Assembly: GCA_000004985.1 (NCBI GenBank)
Contig: GG738898.1
Reading direction: 5' to 3' (one strand)
Source of the DNA: Naegleria gruberi
Taxonomy: Eukaryota
DNA length: 64,000 bases
The notes beneath the pieces were generated by a model. That model was not told the origin of the DNA, searched no databases, and worked only from the letters and a program-made list of their open reading frames with translations. This document shows, one piece after another, positions 59,901 through 64,000 of this stretch. How positions within the stretch are numbered: position 1 is the first letter of the stretch; every line of letters begins with the position of its first letter. The position numbers were made by a program, and so were the translations under genes.

Positions 59901-62900
59901 TTACCTGTACAATAACATGTACCCGTCTTTGTGCAGGTACCATGTGAATTACAAGTGGTTGCAGCAGAACAAGCAATATCACATTTATCTCCAACAAATC
60001 CACTCTTGCAAGAAGAACAAAATTCTCCATCAAAATTTCCATTACAAACACATTTGAAATTGGAATCACAAGAACCATGAGAGTTACAAGTTTCTGTTGG
60101 TGAACACATTGCAGTTGAGCAAGTTTCTCCTGAATATGCTGGACTGCAGCTAGTGCAGGTATTATTCTTATTATTCCAATTGGCAACACATTCACATGTA
60201 TTTGGAGCAATACATTTTCCTCTAGTGCTTCCACCACAAACATTGCTGTCACTCTTTGGAATACCGTAACAGGAAAAGCTTTGACAAATTGATCCAGAGT
60301 ATCCAGACCTACATGAACAATTATTAGGAGCAGTACATTCACCTCTGCTACCACACACAGAACTATCAGTTGCAGGAGTATTATAACAAACAGGTATGTC
60401 ACACTTGGATCCCATATAACCAGTCTTACAAGATAAACAGAATGTAGAAGGATCAAAATTACCCTTACAAATACATGTATCAGTGGCATTACATGCACCA
60501 CGCAAAGAACATCCTCCCAAAATTTCACTCTTACCATTACATGTTGGATTATCACATTTAGCACCTGTTGAGCCAGATTTACAAATGCAAGTATCTGGGG
60601 CAACACATGAACCCTTTCCAGAACATACAGATGCATCACTATTAGTCTTTGAGAAACATACTGGTTTTTCACAATTAGTTCCATCATAACCAGTTACACA
60701 ACGACAAACATCTTGAGAAATACAAGAACCCTTACCAGAGCAAACATCATAGGCTTTTGCCAATTTTCCAAAGCAAGTAGTGGTGTCTGGAAGATAAAGT
60801 CCATAATGACAACTTGATTCTGGGAAATAGCTACATGACTCATTCTTTGGTAATGACCAGAAAGCACTGGCTTGGTCGTACATTACTTCACAGGCAGCTC
60901 TACAGAATGGAACAGAATTGGCTGTGGTGTTTTTGCACGACATGAAAGTTCTGTAACATGCATTTCTTTTGATATGAATCAAACAATCGGCAGTAACGCA
61001 GTTAGGATTGTACAATGATCCCATTTGGAATGTTGAATTAGCTTGAGCATCCAATTTAGCAAGATTTGCAGCAAGGAAAATAGAGGCTTCACCTGCACTC
61101 TTTGCTCCTGACATTAAATTCAAATTGTACAATGGTAAAATGACGTCAGCAGCATAACAGAATGGAGTAGAAGAGGAAGACATTTCATTGATACAAGCTG
61201 GAGTAAGTGAGAAGGAGGTCTTTTCACAATTGTTACCTTCATATCCAGAATCACATATGCATCTTCCATTCTTACAAGTACCGTGGTCAGAACAGGAAAC
61301 ATCATAGCATTGATCAACATAATTAATCTCTGATGAGCAACCCTCATTGTCATTCAAAGAACCACACAAAGTTTCCAGAGAGTTATTTCCAACTAAATAA
61401 GGCATCAACATAGTTTCGCATGCACTTTTACAGATTGGATTGTATACTCCTTTAACAAGTTCAGTAACCCAAGAGCACATTGGGAAATGTGAATAGCAAG
61501 AATATCTCTTGTAGACCAGACGACAAGCTTCTGTGGTACATGCAATCATGAGTTGTTCGGCCATTGTACGAGATGACTGATCCAAAACTTTGAGAGCAGC
61601 AATTCTGACCTGTGGTACTGCAACCTCACCTGTATAATTTGCTAACAGATTATATCCGTCTTGTGACAAGTACTGCATTATATAGTGTTCAACACCAGCA
61701 GCTACACAAAAAGGTGTGTTTGCGGCTTGCATGCCAGTGTAACAAGTGACAGCAGCATATTTTGAACAGGTTGGACCATAATAAAAGTAATCTGGTGTGG
61801 ACTGACAAATACATTTTCCGGCAAGACAAGTTCCATTAACACATTGGTTATTACATGAATCTGTTTCAGTGTCATTTACAATCACCAAGTCTTGGCACAT
61901 AGTCCCAGTGTATCCTGTGTCACAAGAGCATTTTCCTTCCAAACAAGTTCCATTATAACATTTTATGCTAAAACAAAGATCTGTTTGATTTTTGACTACA
62001 TCTGATTGATCACACAATGTTCCAATGTAACCAGAGTCACAATTACAAACACCCTCAATACATTTTCCATGTACACATACAATATCTTTACACTTATTTT
62101 GAGTGGAGGTGTTGTTTGTGCTTGTATCATTTGATGGAATAGTATTATTATTGGAACTTGGGAGAGTTGAATTTGAGGTTGTCGAATTTGAGGAACTATC
62201 AGGACTGGTTCCATTGTAAGTTTGAGTACTGTTACTTGTACTATTATAATCAGTAATATTAGAGGAGTTTGGGCTTGTTGGATCCCTGCTTGTGTTGTTT
62301 GTGGCTGTGTCATTGGATAATGTAGTATTTTTTCCATGGGAGCTATCAAAACTAGTTCCATTATTTCCTTGAGTATTGTTGCTACTAGTACTATTGTGGT
62401 TAGTAATATTAGTGGAGCTTGGACTTGATGGATCAATATTCGTGTTGTTAGTAGTTGTTGTGTTATTGGATAAAGTGGTATTACTTGTATTGGTTGTGTT
62501 GCTGGTTGTTGAAGCATTGGCAACTGTGTCAGTATTGACAGAAGGTTCTAAAAGTTTCAATTCACAGAAAGTTCCATTATATCCCTGTCCACAAACGCAA
62601 ACGTTATCAGTGGTACAATTACCATGAGAGTTACAAACAAAAGAATCATAGGAACGTGTTCCATTACATACATAATAACTTGATGAACAATCGCTTCCAT
62701 AGAAAGATGCCTTACATGAGCAACCAGAAAAAGTGCAATTACCATTTCCTGAACAAGCAAGTTTTGATGATTGGGGAATGTCATTACAAATAGCTTCATT
62801 TTCACAAAAAGTTCCATTGTAACCAGCTTTGCATAAACATTGATTAAGGCCTATACATTGACCATTTCCAGAACAAACATTGTCCTCTGTTTCCAACAAT

Positions 62901-63991
62901 CCATTACAAACATAGTGAGTGAATTGACATTCTTGTCCATATGCCAATGTAGTTCGTGGTTCTGATGAAGTACCAATTGAGAAGACAACTGCTCCCTTAG
63001 AGTTATAAATCCTAAAAGTACCATCATTTCCAAAGTTAAACATTGGTGGGGTGTTTGCACCCACACCATGACAAAAATCGTTTTCAAGGTTCAAAATACT
63101 ACTATCGAAAGTGGTAGTGAAGAAATAGCCTTCACGTGTTATCCAAAAATATTCAATGGGAGTAAACTCCCCTTCTAAAATTCTCCACAATTCCTTTCCA
63201 CCACATTTAGAGACAACTCTAGTGCTGGTGTCATTGTTTTCATTAAGATAATACTCAACACCCAAAGTGCAGTTACCATTTGATGATGTAAGGTATAGAT
63301 TTGTATTGCTATCAAAATTAATATGATGGTCTCCATTCGCAACAATCATTTGATCATTTGTGCAACTACATAAAGAACTATTGAGACAAGAACCACGATA
63401 GTGGCATGACTTGGCACTTTCACAAACAAAGTCATATATTTCACAATTCGAACCAGTGTAGCTCAAATTGATACAATCACACGTGTCATCAGCAGTACAT
63501 TTTCCAGCGCCACTACAAACATTCGGATCGGATTCAGAAACATTGAAACATGAAAAATGGCAATCAGGATAGTGACCTCCAGTACAAGTACAATTATTCG
63601 TTGCAACACAAGTGCCTTTTCCATTGCATACCTTAGAATTGCTTGCATCATATCCAAAACAAACATGTTTTGAACAATCAGAGCCTCCCCATACTTCTGG
63701 TGAGTTACATTTACAACCACTTTCTGTACATATTCCTCTTCCATTACAAACAGTTGGATCAGTACTAACAATGTTATCGCAATAATGTAATGGTTCTTCA
63801 CATGTTGTTCCATTAAAATCTTGCCATTGGATGGACGAATCAAAGAATCCTGTTGACCAACATTCCTTACCTGTGGAATCATAGACTGTAAATAAGGCAT
63901 CCTTTCTGAAGAAGGAATAGAATGGAGCAACTCCTTCACATGGAATTGAAGTGTTGCCATCCTTATTGACAAGTGGAGAACAATTATTCAC
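56981..63991 (-). CDS. Giant (more than 2300 aa) cysteine-rich cell-surface protein: N-terminal tenascin-type EGF/Cys-rich repeats, N/S/T-rich mucin-like stretch, more EGF repeats, about 1000-aa Cys-poor S/T/A/V-rich region, C-terminal hydrophobic anchor; N-terminus may extend beyond the window
   Basis: Single 7 kb ORF. It has many CxCxxGYxGxxCE repeats (e.g. CLCKAGYNGTFCENE, CVCGQGYNGTFCELK, CDSGYIGTLCDQ). A poly N/T/S segment is probably glycosylated. The C-terminus is …NLSCLISFLLAIVVFYQY* (TM or GPI signal). Confidence 0.8.
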   Translation of the reverse strand: MNNCSPLVNKDGNTSIPCEGVAPFYSFFRKDALFTVYDSTGKECWSTGFFDSSIQWQDFNGTTCEEPLHYCDNIVSTDPTVCNGRGICTESGCKCNSPEVWGGSDCSKHVCFGYDASNSKVCNGKGTCVATNNCTCTGGHYPDCHFSCFNVSESDPNVCSGAGKCTADDTCDCINLSYTGSNCEIYDFVCESAKSCHYRGSCLNSSLCSCTNDQMIVANGDHHINFDSNTNLYLTSSNGNCTLGVEYYLNENNDTSTRVVSKCGGKELWRILEGEFTPIEYFWITREGYFFTTTFDSSILNLENDFCHGVGANTPPMFNFGNDGTFRIYNSKGAVVFSIGTSSEPRTTLAYGQECQFTHYVCNGLLETEDNVCSGNGQCIGLNQCLCKAGYNGTFCENEAICNDIPQSSKLACSGNGNCTFSGCSCKASFYGSDCSSSYYVCNGTRSYDSFVCNSHGNCTTDNVCVCGQGYNGTFCELKLLEPSVNTDTVANASTTSNTTNTSNTTLSNNTTTTNNTNIDPSSPSSTNITNHNSTSSNNTQGNNGTSFDSSHGKNTTLSNDTATNNTSRDPTSPNSSNITDYNSTSNSTQTYNGTSPDSSSNSTTSNSTLPSSNNNTIPSNDTSTNNTSTQNKCKDIVCVHGKCIEGVCNCDSGYIGTLCDQSDVVKNQTDLCFSIKCYNGTCLEGKCSCDTGYTGTMCQDLVIVNDTETDSCNNQCVNGTCLAGKCICQSTPDYFYYGPTCSKYAAVTCYTGMQAANTPFCVAAGVEHYIMQYLSQDGYNLLANYTGEVAVPQVRIAALKVLDQSSRTMAEQLMIACTTEACRLVYKRYSCYSHFPMCSWVTELVKGVYNPICKSACETMLMPYLVGNNSLETLCGSLNDNEGCSSEINYVDQCYDVSCSDHGTCKNGRCICDSGYEGNNCEKTSFSLTPACINEMSSSSTPFCYAADVILPLYNLNLMSGAKSAGEASIFLAANLAKLDAQANSTFQMGSLYNPNCVTADCLIHIKRNACYRTFMSCKNTTANSVPFCRAACEVMYDQASAFWSLPKNESCSYFPESSCHYGLYLPDTTTCFGKLAKAYDVCSGKGSCISQDVCRCVTGYDGTNCEKPVCFSKTNSDASVCSGKGSCVAPDTCICKSGSTGAKCDNPTCNGKSEILGGCSLRGACNATDTCICKGNFDPSTFCLSCKTGYMGSKCDIPVCYNTPATDSSVCGSRGECTAPNNCSCRSGYSGSICQSFSCYGIPKSDSNVCGGSTRGKCIAPNTCECVANWNNKNNTCTSCSPAYSGETCSTAMCSPTETCNSHGSCDSNFKCVCNGNFDGEFCSSCKSGFVGDKCDIACSAATTCNSHGTCTKTGTCYCTGNYDPAFNCIPGKCLNGFRGDACNYKVDTTSFKFNANGDRITAKIYNTVKKQVPCSQIISNLDKLGSGPQCNMDGKSSLEIVLGAGASIVTGNILSVYSLMGDNNSTLAVSIDAGEFVAIAPTASLTSDKTLVSQCDVLSLNAFDSVSLDRRPLTFSWTCTNGPSSEDQSKLSSLISSQKSGYKINMRTAGLSAGIYSIQVAVSSAFGLTSFKSISFTVIAKAAPTLSVKEGLSIKYLIGSIGLITPVISFPVCYNGTGSTTYTFTLDGSVSKVSSLSTSVNNNMMILGSGYTNINLEGDYFFVIKATADVAEPVTTTVKVTAEAQPILVSFSVPDITQSKDDPIEFSISVKDPSNTQDVLSLSTNCVDSTGLNCPSSPEDASTFRASFSSGTYTFTAVATKGSRKAKATLTISLIDSAKDKIIRVSIISNVDLTTVDPTKDLYLTYNTLDKLLSPSFSWVSETGDESKASLLTIPSANLVSGASYVVTLLVDDGDKSGIASLTFTVNSPPTKGTFEVYPEIGVALSDSFDLKCGNGWSDPQTPLKFQFFYYDSASTKWNSFTEKSERQSASVQLPQPASGTSLRVKAVVYDSLGAASESETTVTITKLSAAAATSALSVIASGKDTVTLAAASSVMSVIGSIDNPSEEQKAAIQQAASSITEAFLNQQAKAEAVTSVSSASAENSLSFTASVSASVAKGLVSDSTTSKVVENLAKTTSAVVKSSSASLSNSAIEGTTSTANNFLDYIVKKGVTKRVFSNADIANLDKVFASVATLKTKDSVPDGPAATVTANGVTTVSRKVNIVTLNNLVQTTTGKNQIMFKSGVSALSELANTKSVHLVVKTASSTAISNAVTKSMEFSLSNDTSVISVSSNSVIADLVFETKGLSSRSVAGTITSCKKIDPTTSNLLDVGCTVVLGTDGTVTASVKSTGIYVLIQSTTTDPISSTKISMAPAVNLSCLISFLLAIVVFYQY

Positions 63992-64000
63992 ATCCAGCGA

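Noticed and set aside
57114-62627. Numerous 60-275 aa ORFs on both strands inside the giant EGF-repeat gene (e.g. 59860..60687, 61996..62523)
   Set aside because: They are out-of-frame or antisense ORFs within a 7 kb Cys-codon-rich coding region. This is an expected artefact.

Overview
This window is a draft-quality nuclear contig from an AT-rich unicellular eukaryote. It is not prokaryotic or viral, so there are no operons, CRISPR arrays or defence islands.

The evidence for a eukaryote is direct. Several genes carry short GT-AG spliceosomal introns (49-73 nt, mostly GTAAGT or GTATGT donors, one GTTTGT). There is a ubiquitin-ribosomal protein S27a fusion gene, a TFIIA large subunit, a divergent actin, ARF-family GTPases, a 5S rRNA cluster and a tRNA-Asp(GTC). 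The gene content points to a social-amoeba-like Amoebozoa lineage or a similar protist: a hybrid histidine kinase, a receptor-type nucleotidyl cyclase with an extracellular sensor domain, a giant tenascin-type EGF-repeat surface protein and a subtilisin-like protease. The 5S sequence resembles dictyostelid 5S as I recall it. The taxon call is inference only.

Assembly quality is low. There are four N gaps (50 N, 4233 N, 50 N, 50 N) and a lone ambiguous base at 28277. Many genes show 1-2 bp frame disruptions at homopolymers, which are probably sequencing errors rather than real pseudogenes. My manual coordinates may be off by 1 nt in places. Roughly 35 protein-coding loci are annotated.

The findings I consider most worth follow-up:
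- A 2.9 kb inverted segmental duplication of an atypical Ser/Thr kinase gene, with both copies flanked by Pol III-type elements (a 5S cluster; a small hairpin element also found upstream of tRNA-Asp).
- A roughly 60-70 nt conserved element present twice in inverted orientation, with a compensatory hairpin substitution. It is a candidate small ncRNA.
- Two GC-rich non-coding islands, one flanked by 16-bp direct repeats (SINE-like or ncRNA).
- Several apparent pseudo-enzymes or unusual fusions: a BTB-like/ARF-like fusion with the catalytic Gln replaced by Ala; a tandem adenosine-deaminase protein with a degenerate second domain; a peroxiredoxin-fold protein lacking the peroxidatic Cys; a single-domain class III cyclase lacking both metal-binding Asp.
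- An archaeal-type cofactor-independent phosphoglycerate mutase carrying spliceosomal introns.
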